From the NCBI GenBank assembly GCA_965112155.1, contig OZ218099.1: a stretch of 64,000 nt of DNA. One strand, given 5' to 3'. Positions 27,574 to 41,380 of this stretch are shown here, in pieces (position 1 is the stretch's first letter; each line of letters begins with the position of its first letter). The notes under the pieces were generated by a model. The model worked only from the letters and a program-made list of their open reading frames with translations. It ran no database searches and was not told where the DNA came from. The DNA comes from Podarcis liolepis (lineage: Eukaryota). Both the position numbers and the translations under genes were made by a program.

Positions 27574-27822
27574 CAGTGGTACCTCCGGTCGCAGACAGGA
27601 TGCATTCTGGAGCTCTGGTCGGATCCCGAGGTTTCCACAGCCGGAGGGACCACTTCTGTGCACGCATGCGCAGCGGTAGAGCGCTTCTGTGCATCCGCAA
27701 AGCAGTAGACCGCTTCTGTGCACGTGTGCGTGGCAAAAACCAAGAAATATACTTCTGGGTTTGCCGCTTACGTATCCCAAAGTTTATGTAAGTGGAGGGA
27801 TATGTAAGTGGAGGGATGACTG
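27574..27822. mobile_element. Tc1/mariner-superfamily MITE
   Basis: ta|cagtggtacctcc ... ggagggatgactg|ta; internal cttctgtgcacgc repeats. Confidence 0.8.
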
Positions 27823-28684
27823 TAATTCATAGAGCAAGAAGGTTACAGACTCTCCCATCCCTTTCACCATTCACTTTCATTTGCCGGTACTTTAGTGTTG
27901 TTTTAATACTTCCTAGGGCATATCTATAGCCCAAGTAACAAGATTGACTGCTTAACTTGCATGCTGGTGATTAGACAGCAGAGGGCGCAGTTGTACCAGC
28001 TGTTGGGCTCTCTCATACGTGTTGCTACCTTTTGCAAGCAATTGCACATATTATTTTAAAAGCAAATGAGCTGTTGCTATCTCTACTATCTACATTCCCT
28101 AGAGTGCTAATTTGACATAAACACAATGGCATAAATCCAGCTCTGCCTTGGGTGCACTGAAGCCCATGGATTTAAATGTCATTAATAAACAACCTCCTTT
28201 CTGCCAGAAAAATTTCAAAATTCAAGCTTTTTTGATAGTTTCGTGTGAGAATTCCAGTTGGTTGGTGTGCAGTGTTCACTCTCCCACTGTTACATCGTGT
28301 CGAGTCATGATTACAAATAAATAAGATAAATCGTTACACTTTGTACCCTTTAACAAGTGCTTTCATTCCATTCCAACCACATAACAAGCATAATAAACTC
28401 AAGTCTTCATTTTTGAGCCCCAAATCTAAGAATAAATACAGTAGTGTAACGTCATGTCAAGTGCCCAGTGCCTAGAAAACATAAGCTATGTAGCTATCTA
28501 AAATTCTTCTTGATTATTTTTTAGCGTCAAGAAAATGTAGTTATTTAAAATATTCAGCACAAGGTTTCAGTGTGGGATACAAGCAAATACTAATCAAAAC
28601 ATAAGGACATAACATTACAGTCACCATCAGTCTTGAAACTACAGTGCAGCACCTATAAAATTCCCAGCCAAACATTGAAGTTAA

Positions 28685-29607
28685 TGTGGTGAGGCTGAAC
28701 AAGCTGAAGCTTAATCCAGGCAAGACCAAGGTGTATGAGTAAGAGAACTGCTGTCTCTGGATATACGGTTCTAGGTGTTTTTGCACTCCCCTTGAAGAAC
28801 CACACCAGCAGTTTGGGAATGATCCAGAACTTGTCACCAACTGAGGAAGCTCAGGTGGCAGCTGTGGCTAGGATAAATTCAGCTGGTACACCACATGTGA
28901 CCCTATCTAGAAGGGTCACATGTGGCTTACCAGCTTGATAGTTATCTTGCCTCAGTTATCTATGCATTTGCTGCAGCCAAACCATACTGCTGCAATGCTT
29001 TCTGTGTGCTGTTGCCTGTGAAGGCTGGAAACTGCAACCGGAAACTTGTGGCTGAGGCCAGGTTATAGGAACATCACCTATACCATACCAGTTGCAGTGG
29101 TTGCCCATGTATATCAAGGCCCAATTGAAAGGGCTTGTCGTTACCTTTGACACCCTGAAGAATCTGTGGCCAGGTTAACTGAAGGATTGCCTGCGCTCCT
29201 AACAAACTACATATACCTTACAATTGGCATTGGAGGACTTGCTACATTGCCCACTTGATAAGATTATCCAGCCCTTGTAACAGAGGCTTCTCACCAGTGG
29301 CCCCACAATTGTGGAACTCAGTTCCTTCTGAGACTCAGCAGGCCTCATCCCTGTCGATGTTTAAGAGGGCCTTGAAGTCTTGCTATTTTCTTGATGGCTT
29401 CTGGTTAATGCATACTGCAGTTTTATGCTGGCTTTTGGATTTTGACTGCTTTATTGCTGACTGCTTTTGTTGTGCTCTTAAGAGTAGACATGAAATGGTA
29501 TTATTATTATTAGATTGCAATGCTGTTTTGATTTTAGATATTGTTAGAAGCTGCTTTGTGGAGATATTTTCACAAAGATCAGTGTGGACATTTCTTCAGT
29601 AAATAAA
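28685..29607 (+). mobile_element. Degraded L2 LINE remnant
   Basis: aacaagctgaagcttaatccaggcaagacc (NKLKLNP.KT), cagtggttgccc (LHWLP-like), ttgtggaactca..tttaagagggccttgaag end motifs. Confidence 0.72.
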
Positions 29608-30274
29608 GCTTGTTGGTTGAGGCGAGGACTAGAAGATGGGAAAGCTCTCGGTGGTCTTGCCCCTCTTCTTGCAACAAAGATGAGTGGTTTGGCCTAAGAA
29701 CTGGCTGGAAGGGCACTCTTGTGAATCTTGCCTACTTGGTACTGCTCTTTTTTATTTTCTTAAAAGTATGTATTTTATGTATAAAACAGGTTTAGGAAAG
29801 AATTGCTCTTGTATATGAAGAAAGCTTTGGTTGGATCTTTTTTTAAAAAAAAGATTCGTGGGAAAGCTAACCAACTGTATTTTCCATATGCAAACTTAAC
29901 ATTCCTTTTGACAGTTTGGACATGTCCCAGCGCATAAACTGTCTTCAGGTGTTGGATATGAGTACCTTAATAGTAAGATGTCATACAAAAAGAGGAAGAA
30001 GTATTCTTTGATGAAAGGTTGCCAAACGCTATGATGCAGTTTATATTCCCCACCCACCCCTAATTCTTACTTACTCGTCTACCCATTTTCAGACTTCATA
30101 TGCATTTGCCTTCTTTTCACCTTGGAAAAGTACAAAAATACAAAAGGCAGGCCACTGTGATAAGATAGTGATAAGAAGAACAGTTTTCTGTTAATAAAGT
30201 AGGTTAATAGCTCTTTAAATAATCATTGGAAGCACAGGGGTAATGCATCTGTAGACCAGGTTTTAGCTTAATTA

Positions 30275-30598
30275 CAGTGGTGCCCCGCAAGACGAATGCC
30301 TCGCAAGACGGAAAACTCGCTAGACGAAAGAGTTTTCCGTTTTGGAGGTGCTTCGCAAAACGAATCTCTTATGGGCTTGCTTCGCAAGACGAAAATGTCT
30401 TGCGAGTTCCTGCGGTTTTTTTCCCCTCCCCCCCTTTTTCTAAGCCGCTAAGCCGCTTATCAGCTGATCCGATCAGCAGATAAGCCGCTAATAGCGCTAA
30501 TTCGCTAATCCGTCAGTGGGCTTGCTTCGCAAGACGAAAAAAACGCTAGACGAAGAGAATCACAGAACGGATTCTTTTTGTCTTGCAAGGCACCACTG
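30275..30598. mobile_element. Tc1/mariner-superfamily MITE
   Basis: ta|CAGTGGTGCCCCGCAAGAC ... GTCTTGCAAGGCACCACTG|ta; repeated cgcaagacgaa motifs. Confidence 0.88.
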
Positions 30599-31140
30599 TA
30601 TGTGAACACATGGAGTATTCATATGCATGAAAAAGACACCAAACTCTCTATTGAGATCAGGAAGGAAATGTTCTGGGCCATCCCACTGTGTCCTAGAGGA
30701 AAATAAGTTGCTGCTGCTTGTGCAGGTTGGGACACCCATTTTCTGCTGATACCCCCCCCCACACACACACTGCAGCCCTCTGTATCACACCCTACTCTGT
30801 TAACACCCAGCTGGGATGCAGCCCCAATTCTGCTCACCCTCCTCAACAGTTGCTGTCTACTAATGAAGTAAAGTAAGAATCACATCATTTGCTTTCCTGC
30901 AATTAGCTGGACGTATAACTTGGCTCTTAGAATGGTCCTTTGTTTTGTACTCTTCTTTTGTTATACATCCAGGGCTGTATGTATTCTATATCACAGAGAC
31001 TGACCTGGAAGAAAGCACACTGATATATGAGACTGTGGCCTGAAAGTATATTATTCTGATCATAGAAGCAATGTAGATTTACATGAAGCATGTCCGTAAG
31101 AAGTTATAAATTTACAATGGCAACTTGCTTATTTTTACAG

Positions 31141-31224
31141 GGTGAGAGAAGCTGCTATGACCAGTTTAATGGAAATGACCCTTTTGTTAGCACGGACTGA
31201 GCCAGAGCTAATCGATGCAAATGT
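31141..31224 (+). CDS. TBCD: TBCD coding exon
   Basis: tacag|...|gtatg; VREAAMTSLMEMTLLLARTEPELIDAN. Confidence 0.95.
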
Positions 31225-31898
31225 GTATGTATTTTGCAAATATAATCTGTGAATGCCTGCTGTATGGTTAGGTGATGAGCTGTTTCTGTAAAAGGCTCTT
31301 TCAGTAATCCCTCCTACCTATGGGATTCAGTTACTTCCATCAATACTGCTAATGAAAGAACTGGAGCACAGCCTATCTTGCATCTGTTGTGAGTACAGGG
31401 AATGCAGATTGTAGCTTCTGATTATCCCTTCTTTGTTAAACTGCTTTACATTAATAGCTATTCCCACTTAAGATAGATATTGTGCCTTTCCTGCACCAAG
31501 AAACACTGTATCTATTTTTATATAATTATACATTTTAAAAGTTATAGCTTTATATGGGTTATAATAAAAGGATTAAAACCTTAAAAATACTGTGCTAGAT
31601 ATAGTTATAAAGAATAGTGAGCACAGGGAAAGCAGTCAAAGCAGCTGTTTTGCCAATCTTGTAAAAAAGGCAAGCTGAGTAGATGTGCTTCATGGGTCTT
31701 CAAAGCTAGGAGAGAAATTTGGTCTAACCACCCCTAGTAAATCTCAGGGCAAGTAAAAGTATGGCTTCTTTACACACCTGTTCTCACTTCCTTTGCTGAA
31801 GGAATCCTTAGCAGGGCCTGAATGGAAAATGTTAATGGGGACGGGGAGTAGTCATATAGGGAGAGGTTTCTCTGGAATATGTCGCTCCAAATGAATGA

Positions 31899-32081
<183 letters not shown>

Positions 32082-32297
32082 TAACTTAAGTATCTCATTG
32101 GTTTATCATAGAATTGCACAATAAACATTTGCCCATAAACATGAAAGAACTCTGTATTTAGAAATATGTTTAAAGGGAATATTTCATTCTGTCTTGTTAG
32201 GAGTAGACTTTTGAGATTCAGAGAGGCTATTTGTGTTTATTAGAGAAGGAAAGGGAAAGGCAACCTAAGTTTTGTTCTGGCCGGATCCATAAATGGG

Positions 32298-32424
32298 GCT
32301 TGGGGAACCTCCCACTGTTGTTGGACTCTCACTCCCATCCTACCTGGCCATTAACCATGTTGGTTAGAATTGAAGCAAATTGGGGTTCAACAACTCTTGG
32401 GGGGCCACAGGTTCCCCATCCCTG
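32298..32424. mobile_element. Old palindromic hAT-like MITE
   Basis: ggggaacct ... aggttccccatccctg, core resembles ggactacaactcccatc family. Confidence 0.55.
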
Positions 32425-33174
32425 CCATAAGTTATCAAGTGTGTGGGATTTTCCACCTTTGGTCATTTCGTTAATCCAGTAACCAGACTTCGGACAGGGT
32501 GTGAGTTATCAGCAGTTCCAAAAGTAAGTAAAATTTACTTACTGATTTGTTAAAAATAATGCTTCAGAAGCTGATGTAAGCAAAGCATACTTTGTGCATA
32601 CAATTCAACTTGGCATCTCAAGCATTCCTGCATTTTGCAGAGCAATCCTATGGTGCTGATGCAGAAATTCCATGGTAGAGCTACTTGCTGGCTTCCTGCC
32701 TTATAGCTCCCTCGTGGTCAGCAGGAAAGAATTACTGGGGTAGTTGGAGGTTTCTGGTGGGTGTCTGTATGCAGAAAGAATGAGGGGACCAGGACATTCT
32801 GGATCCTTGCACCATTCCTGGTATTCACCCAAAATGTTTCACTGCTCTAACCCCACCCCAGCAGGACATCTGCACCTGCAACCTTTCCCTGGGTGTACCT
32901 GTGGCACTATAAGTGCCGTCCCACTGGCTGTGATCTCTCTCTGCCAACACAAGCTGCATCTTGTGGCCTCCCTACATGTCTTTGACTGAATTTTGGATTG
33001 CACTTTCAATTGAATTTTAAAATGCATTAATGTGTAATACAGTTAATGGTAATAGCACATTATGAAAGCCCCATTTAAAATACAGTTATACTGCTGCATT
33101 GACAAAGAGTATTTCTGAGTCTTACTGTCAAAGGATGCCAGCTTTGATTTCTGTGGATAATTTTTCTACTTTAA

Positions 33175-33465
<291 letters not shown>

Positions 33466-35394
33466 TGATCGGTAGGCGGCGTCTATCTTAAGAGTGACTA
33501 TGTTAAGAGCCATGTATCAATTCAGGTAGTAGTTCATTTCTGGAAGCAAGTTGCTGATGTTTGTACTGCTAAAGTCTTTTATTGGGGTATGAAAGTGTGG
33601 GAGGCACCCAGCCTATTGCTGTTTAGCGTGGCTGAAGCCTGGTTCAGTTCATCTCTGTTTGTTTCCATATAGCAATTTTCATCACTTCACTACATACCTC
33701 TTTTCCTTTATTCTAAGGTGCTACAGCACAGCTCTGGTAACCTGAGGCCAAATGAGAGAAGTCCACACTGCAGTTCCTCCCCACACCAACATCACCTTTC
33801 TTGAAAACTGAGGTCATGCTGGCATGGAGAGGACTGCCAAAGAAACATCACAAACATAGCCTTTCATTCCCCTATTTTCCAAATTTTCTATATAAATTAC
33901 AATTAGCACCTTGTTCTTGGGCAGGCTTCCGAAATCCAGAAGAGCACAGTTTGAGCACAACTTGACAATCTTGCCAGTCTCTCTGGATAATGTCAGACGC
34001 CATACAGCCTTAGAAACCTATTGGTATTCTAACTTTATTTCACTTGCAAATTACTTCAACTGCATTTTGCTTTTAACAAGCATTTCTACTTGTCACTGTG
34101 TTCCTTGTAATTTCCGGCTCTAGTTGCCTCTGAAAATGAAACTAACTTGTAGGATTTTTATTATCACTACTGGCAGTCACAAGTAAATTATGAATGTGGG
34201 GCAGCTTACAGCTCAGCCCTATAGGTTCCTATAGAGGGCTGTGACACCATTGCCACCTAATCAGCATCAGGTAGTGACTGACAGCTTAGTGTTTCCTCTT
34301 TCCTACTTGCTGTCCTTTCTCTGTACTCCATTTACAAATGGGTGTTGGTGAAATTCAGCTTAGTCACATAGCTTTGTTTGGCCAGTGAGAACACGATCCC
34401 ATCTGCCCATCAATGTCCTTGCAGGCTGTTGCAGTAATGTGCTTTGGTTCTGCAAGTCTCCCCACCCAGTACTTACTGTATAGCAGCTTACCAATGAGGC
34501 TGAGCTACTAGTGTCTGGGAAGCCTTGTTCTTTTTAGCACAGGATTCATGAAATCATTGCACCTTTCTGATCCTGCCCCTGCAATACTATGTCCTTGTCC
34601 ACATACATTTCATGCACAGTTGCACTGCCTTAAGTTATTGCAGTGGTGTATTATCACTACTCAGAATCATGCGAGTGCAAGAGTCCATGAACCTGATTCT
34701 GGTCCTTTTCTTTCTACAGCAGACCATCAGGCTCCCAGCACTGTTAAGTGTGTTGAGCCTTCACATTTGTAGAATGCTTGAATGTTCAGTTCATGATGTC
34801 AAACTCTTGCGGGTTTTCATAATGAGGTGGAGATTAAATTTAATTTTGCTTTAAATATGAGGTTTTTCCTACCCCAAGTTTCACAGACAGAGAAATAGCC
34901 TTGAGTTACTTCAAGAGATCACACAGAGGTTCTTGCCCCCAATATTTTCATGTTGGGTTTTTAGAATTTGTTACACTTCAGTTTTGAAACGTGTAAACAG
35001 TTTGATTGCTTCCAGCTCTTTTGATTATTGTTGGCTCTGCCCGCTTGTTTAAGAGAACAACCTTCTGTTCCGCTTCAAAAACACTGTTGAATCATTAGCT
35101 CTTTGTAGACCTCCCTAGAATATTTCAGTTTACTTGGGTTGTAGTCCAGTAATTTCCAGACATGAAAGAAGGGCTAGTGTGCCTCTGAAAATGCATTCAT
35201 TAAATAATTAAAATGCTCCTGTGAGCCCCAGATACCACCTACAAATTGGACTGCTCGCTGAATGTCTGAAATATTTCTATTAGCCTCCAGTGGAGCCAGG
35301 TAATTCTACCCTGTCTTTGCATCGGTTTGATCAGTCAGTCCTTCCCAGTGCAGATTTATGAATCGCACATTTATGGAATTCTGCACAACACGAT

Positions 35395-35648
35395 TAGGTG
35401 ATTGCCACTAGTTTAGATGGTTTTAAAAGGAGATTAGACAAATTGAGTATAGGTGTATCCATTGCTTTTAGCTATAAAAAGCTATTTTAAACCTCTTGTG
35501 TTCAGAGGCAATATGGGGGCAACAGCATAGAACATGTTTGCCTTCCTGCCCTGTTTGTGGACTCCCCAGGAGCAGTTGGCTTGCCACTGTTGGAACTAAG
35601 ATTGTGGACTATGTAGACTTTTGGTTCCAGCATGATTCTTACGTTCTT
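35395..35648 (+). mobile_element. Old CR1 3' fragment
   Basis: gccactagtttagatggttttaaaaggagattagacaaatt ... ttcttacgttctt tail. Confidence 0.6.
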
Positions 35649-36009
35649 GAGATGCAGCAGATTTATCTGCCTTTGGGGAGCTGCACCTGGAAAAGTGATT
35701 TGCCCAGAAACACAGCAGGTTTGCTATTGTGAATGAGGGTACTTCTTCTTGCACACTCTTCAATGTAAACCTTTGGAGTGTAAGAATGAAGTGTGCTTCC
35801 TATTTTAAGTTGGGAAACAAATGTTCATTACTTAGCAAATGTCTGGGAAACACTGTTCTAGCTCATGTCTCTCCAATAAGTATATGGAACTATGAAACGA
35901 ACAAAAGATTTTAAATTCTTTTTAGTTTATACAGCACAGTGGCTCTTATTCTTCAGTGAGGAAGCTGCTGTAGTTGAGAAAAACTCACTGTCTCAAATTA
36001 TGTAACTCA

Positions 36010-36135
36010 ACGTTTCCCAAACTTTGGTCTCAAGCTGTTTTTGGACTACAGTCCCCATCACCCCCGACTACTGGTCCTGCTAATTAGGAATGATGGGAGT
36101 TGTGGTCAAAAAACAGCTGGAGACACAAAAGTTTG
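36010..36135. mobile_element. Palindromic hAT-like MITE (ggactacaactcccatc family)
   Basis: agctgtttttggactac ... gatgggagttgtggtcaaaaaacagct inverted arms. Confidence 0.7.
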
Positions 36136-37881
36136 TATTGGGTCTGTCAGGCCTTGTTGTGCTGTCAAAATAATAATTTCCATTCTGCATAATGGGTTGC
36201 CATTTTTTTTCTCTTCAAAATAATTTGTGAGATTAATCCTAACAGCCACATTTGCATTTTTTCATTAGATATATTTTGATAACTTGATAAAGATCAGTGC
36301 ATAGAAAAACATGAACTACAAACCATGGGAAATTGAAGAGCAGCAATAATACCCCGCCTAAGGTTCCCTTTTGCTTTGTGAAACTGCAACTGACATATTC
36401 AACCTTCTCATCTTAGCCATTAGCGATCAAACCAAAGGTGAAAGCTGCAGGAAACTATGTAACACAGGAGGTATTCATCTAGAAAAGCAGCACAAAGTGT
36501 TGTCACATAGGATAATAAAGTGGGCTCATAGGTTGTATCTGGTATACGTGACTGCATAATCAAGTGGCTGATAAAAGTAGGAGAGGGGAGAAATACCATG
36601 AGTTCTTGTGGGTCAATGTACTATTTTCCCAATCGTGAAATTAAGTCAGTGCATTACAAGGTGAGCTTTTCAGATTGATGAGATGGCAACTTCCGGCTGG
36701 GAACATACAGTTCAGTATTTGAACACAATTCAGAGCTCTGGTATTGTTAAAGAAGTGCCTCTGCATCCAAGTTGTCCCATGGCTTGCTTGTCAAGTTTGC
36801 AAATTGATATTAAAAGCACTTGAAAGGGAAAGAAAGAGACAGCACTAAGGGGACTGGAAGGCAAAAGAGTACAGAGGCAGAGGCTCAGTATAATTCTTTC
36901 AGCGGAGAAAAGATGCACCGGGTTGGAGCCTAAGTCACACTTAACTCCCATTGATTTTAATGTGTCCTAAGTTAGTGACGTATGAATTTCCATGTTGATT
37001 TTAATGGGACTGAAGTAGGACTTAACTTGCTCTGGATCCAGTCCAGCATGACCAAATGCTAATGACAGGATTCTATATTTTTGCCACTTCAGGGTAGTCA
37101 GTATGTCAACATCTGAAATAATCCAGAAATGATGCACTGTTTTATTGGCCCTAATGGGCTGTAATGCACTATTCACCGGTCCCCTGCACTGGAAAAGAAA
37201 TACGATTCGCTGAGTAGGCCTTTATCTTACTGTTTGGAAAATCACTGGTGTTGAGGCACTGTTCTCTCGTGCCTTTATACCATATTAAAATAACTTTAAG
37301 GACTCACAAAATGTGCTGAATTTCTTAGAAGTGCAGTAGTTCCTGTGCATCTTACTGCAGTCTGGATCTTAAGGGTTAGTCACAGAGGGTGGACAAAGGT
37401 AACGTCCTAAACATAGGCAGGATCCCCCAGTAGCCATAAAACGTAGCAGTCTGTGGAAAGAGGTCCTTGTTTTCTCCCTTCCATCCACGTCTGTTTAGCA
37501 GTTATAAACACTGTGCACATGTAAAAGGGACTGTGTTAGCAGTGCACATATTTCCTGGATAAAATGCAAAATGTGTCATGCCACTGGCTGCTTTTCTTGC
37601 TTATTTAGCTGTATGTTTAAACATCCAATTACATTTCCTATTTAACTGAAATGGCACAATGTTACCAGGTTGTTATGGGTCCTTGGTTATAAAGGATGCT
37701 GAAGTGCGTTTTTCCTATTGTTCATGTAGTGTAGAATTCCCATCGACTTTAAAACCTCAAAAATCAATTTTTCTCTTCTTCCCTGCTCCCCACTTTGGGG
37801 AAAAAAAGTCCCTCGGAGATATAGTGAAGGCTGAAGTTAATCTTTTCATGTTTGTTTATTGGAAGTGTTTTTCGCTTACAG

Positions 37882-38003
37882 GTAAGGTGCTCATCACAGA
37901 GCCTGTTCAGCTATCTGAAGGGAATTCAGAGCAATATGGATGCAATGAACATATTTTGTGATACACTGCTCAAGGTCTTTGAGGACAATCTGCTGAATGA
38001 CAG
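37882..38003 (+). CDS. TBCD: TBCD coding exon
   Basis: acag|...|gtaac; VRCSSQSLFSYLKGIQSNMDAMNIFCDTLLKVFEDNLLND(R). Confidence 0.94.
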
Positions 38004-38855
38004 GTAACCTATATCTTTCTATAGGGGCTTGTTGGGCACATTCCTGAATGTATTCCTGTGTTTCCAGATAAATCTCTAAAAAATGTCACTATAGTTTTCA
38101 TTCTACTCTCTTTGACTTGGAATCTATGGTTATGAAAAAGCCTAAGGCCAGAAGTACAAGTCAGTGGGCCAAATATTTTTTTTGCTGATTTGCCAGGCAT
38201 AAGAGATAGGAAGGCACAATAACTTGGCTAACCAAATTGCAGTTGGGGGATATTTTCCTGAATGGAGCACAGGCTACATAACTAAATGGCAGGAATGGGG
38301 AACTGGATCTGGCCTGAGGGTCCAGAACTGGCCCCCACCTCTGCCTCCCTGTCTTGTCACCTGACACAGGATATGATATCAGTTGATTCAGTGTTCAAGC
38401 CATGGGAGCAGTCACAGGCTAATCTCAAAATTTGGCACTATATCCTCACAGCACTGAGAACAAAGCAAAGCCTCTGCTGCTGGCTACCTCTTAATTATCA
38501 AGGGGCAAATGGAGGCTTATCTCTGAACTTGGTGTTATGGTCCCACAAAGCACTCTAGAAGAGAAACGTGCACCTCACTATGTGACATGCTTTGTCTCAT
38601 GAACTAGGAGTCCAAGAAGAACTCATTTGTTCCTTTTGGCATTTATTTCCTGTGCACAGGCAAGAGGAGCCAGTGGAGTGGTAGCCAGTTAGCAGCATGT
38701 TGGAGGAACAAACACTAGAGTTATCAGGAAACATGGGATGCAGGCTCTAGAACATAGGTGAGGAAATGAATTGTAGGCCTCTGATCATCCAAGAATATAG
38801 GGCATGAGATCCCAAGGGCAGGGAGCAGTGTCACCATGCACAATTAATATGGATA

Positions 38856-38945
38856 CAGTGGTACCTTGGTTTACGAACTTAATCCGTTCCGGAAGTCCGT
38901 TCTTAAACCAAAGCGATCTTAAACCAAGGCAGGCTTTCCCATAGC
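38856..38945. mobile_element. Truncated Tc1/mariner-superfamily MITE (left end only)
   Basis: ta|cagtggtaccttggtttacgaac; no matching right TIR; abuts a palindromic hAT-like MITE. Confidence 0.65.
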
Positions 38946-38947
38946 AG

Positions 38948-39064
38948 AAGTGGGGACCCTCCAGATGTTTATGAACTCCAATTCCCAGCAGCATGGCCAG
39001 TGGTCAGGGGTGGTGGGAGTTGTAGTCCAGCAACATCTGGAGGGGCCACATGCTCCCCACCTCT
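38948..39064. mobile_element. Palindromic hAT-like MITE (same family)
   Basis: ccctccagatgtt ... gggagttgtagtccagcaacatctggaggg inverted arms. Confidence 0.68.
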
Positions 39065-39956
39065 GCTCTAAATTTTCGAAACAGATGAGGGATAGGGTGT
39101 GTATGTTAATGCTTGAACACTGCCAGTAAAACTATTTCCTCATCACATTCTGAAAGGGTATGTAGGCCAACAGCCAGAAAATGACTGTGTGCAGGCACAC
39201 GCCCCACTCCTTAATGGGAATATTCAGATGTGTGTCTCAATGTATAAATTACGGAAAGGAATCCAGGAGCCTTGCCAAACTTTTGCAGACTCTTATCTGA
39301 CCATTCCCTGGAGCTAAAATGGTTGAAGTTTGAACTTCTGCACTTTGTTTTTCCCATTTCAAATTTTGTTTAGGAAACGAACCAAGTATTGTGTTAGATT
39401 CTGGATACTGGAGAGCCATTGCGTCACAAGTTTTCACACCTGCACTGTTTGTGGGCAGAACTGGACAGTAGCCTTGCAAATGTGTGGTGTCCACACTTGC
39501 CAAGATAGCAGGAATGTGATGGTGAGGGCACTTGCAGGGAAGTTTTTGCAGGAGGGAAGGTGCACAGTCCCGTCTCCCCATCCCTTTCATTGCATGTTGA
39601 TTCCTTGCAAATGATTCCTACCTTCTGGGCAGACCTGGTTTCAGATCCTGGCTTAGGGAGAAAAATTAAAAATCTGGCAGGTTGGTAAATAGGGAGAAAG
39701 TATTCCTTTGATTCTCACCCCAACACAAAGAGCATCTAGTTTTGCCCTGTAAACACCACAGTGTGTGATTCCCCCTATGGAGTAAGAATGGTCATATGGG
39801 CACTGCAAACATGTGTGACTGTATTACCACCTGACTACTGCTTTATGATCACACGAAGTGTGCAGTTAGCTCTCAGTCATGCTCTCAAACTAGTTTTGGC
39901 TATATGAAAAGACAGAAGTGTATGAACTTTGGCAAAAGTTTCTCTTTTTAATCTGA

Positions 39957-40103
<147 letters not shown>

Positions 40104-40624
40104 TAAGTACTAATGAGCATAGTATAAAGCCTCTCTTTCCCTGCCTCTCCTCCAGTTGCTGCTGTGCTGCAGGAAAACAAGCCATAGTATGGCTGGGTGT
40201 GTCATCTGAACCCAGGGTCATGATCAGAAGCCAAGGTTTTTTGCTTATTGTGTGTGGTTTGTTTCTTCCAAACAAACTAGCCTGTGTTCAGACAACACAA
40301 CAAGACAGACTATGGCATGTTCCCCTGCAACAAAGCTGGAATGGGGAGAACCAAAGGGCCTGCAGCTCATTCACACTGAACCAGTTTGTTTTAAATGTGG
40401 TTTAATGTGATGTGCAAACCAGGTCATAAGCCGTACTAAGAGTTGAGTTGTAAATCCTGTTTACAAATTAAACAGAACTAATGATGATCACCTGCGATGT
40501 CAGTCTCTTTGTAGAAATAATCCCAATGAACCACTGAACGGTATCTTAGTAAAACTACCTCAAGTGCGTGCGTGCACACACATGCACACTTGATCGTAAC
40601 AAAATCTCAAAGTAGATACTTGAG

Positions 40625-41380
40625 TGTCAGAGCTGCTTGAAGATCCCAGCTCACAGAGGATCACGCTAGCCAGCGATCATTAAGTAAAAGTCTTTATTGA
40701 GTTACAGTTTCCATTCTCACGCTGCTGCGCGCAACTCTACGTCTAGTAGCTAGGTCGGCGAAGCTCCGTCTGAGTCTCCGCCCCGTGTGCACCAACTTAA
40801 TATCCTAGCCCGGCTCCACCTTTTCCGCCTGACTGTCCTCCTCTGGGTCCCTCTACCCCCCGGGGTCTCTTCCTTCCGGGATTCTTCTGACGCTGACCCC
40901 CCGGACCCTCCTGTCTCCTTGCGCCGGGCTTTAGGACCTGGCTCCCTTTCCGGGCTGCTTACTGCGCCGCCTTCCTCTGCATTTGAACTTGGCGCGCGCG
41001 CCCAACCTTCCACTTTCCGCTTAACCGTTTCTTCGCTCCCCGATGGAGGTGTGGCCACTCCTGACTCGTGCCCTCCCTCCTGTGGTGAGCTGCCAGCGCT
41101 TGCCCCCTGGCTCCTTTCCTCTTCCCTGCTCTCTGGCGGTGACGCTGGTCCCGATTTCCAACTGCTCTCCTCTGAGTCCCCTCTGGCTCTATCTTCCTGG
41201 GGTGCCCCCCTAGACTCCCCCCTTGCCCTGGCCACTGGTGCTCCTTTCTGTGAATCCTCTGATTCACTGGAAAGACTCGGAGATCTCGGGTCGTCGTCAT
41301 CACTCATCTTTTCTTCTGCCTCCTCCCCTTCGCTCTCTGTTTCCTCCCTTGCCCTTGCCTCTGCTTCTAAACCCCTGACA
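40625..41380 (-). mobile_element. Solo LTR (Gypsy/ERV-type), antisense to TBCD
   Basis: TGTCAG...CTGACA termini, perfect 5-bp TSD TTGAG, minus-strand AATAAA at 40693-40698, CpG-rich. Confidence 0.88.
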
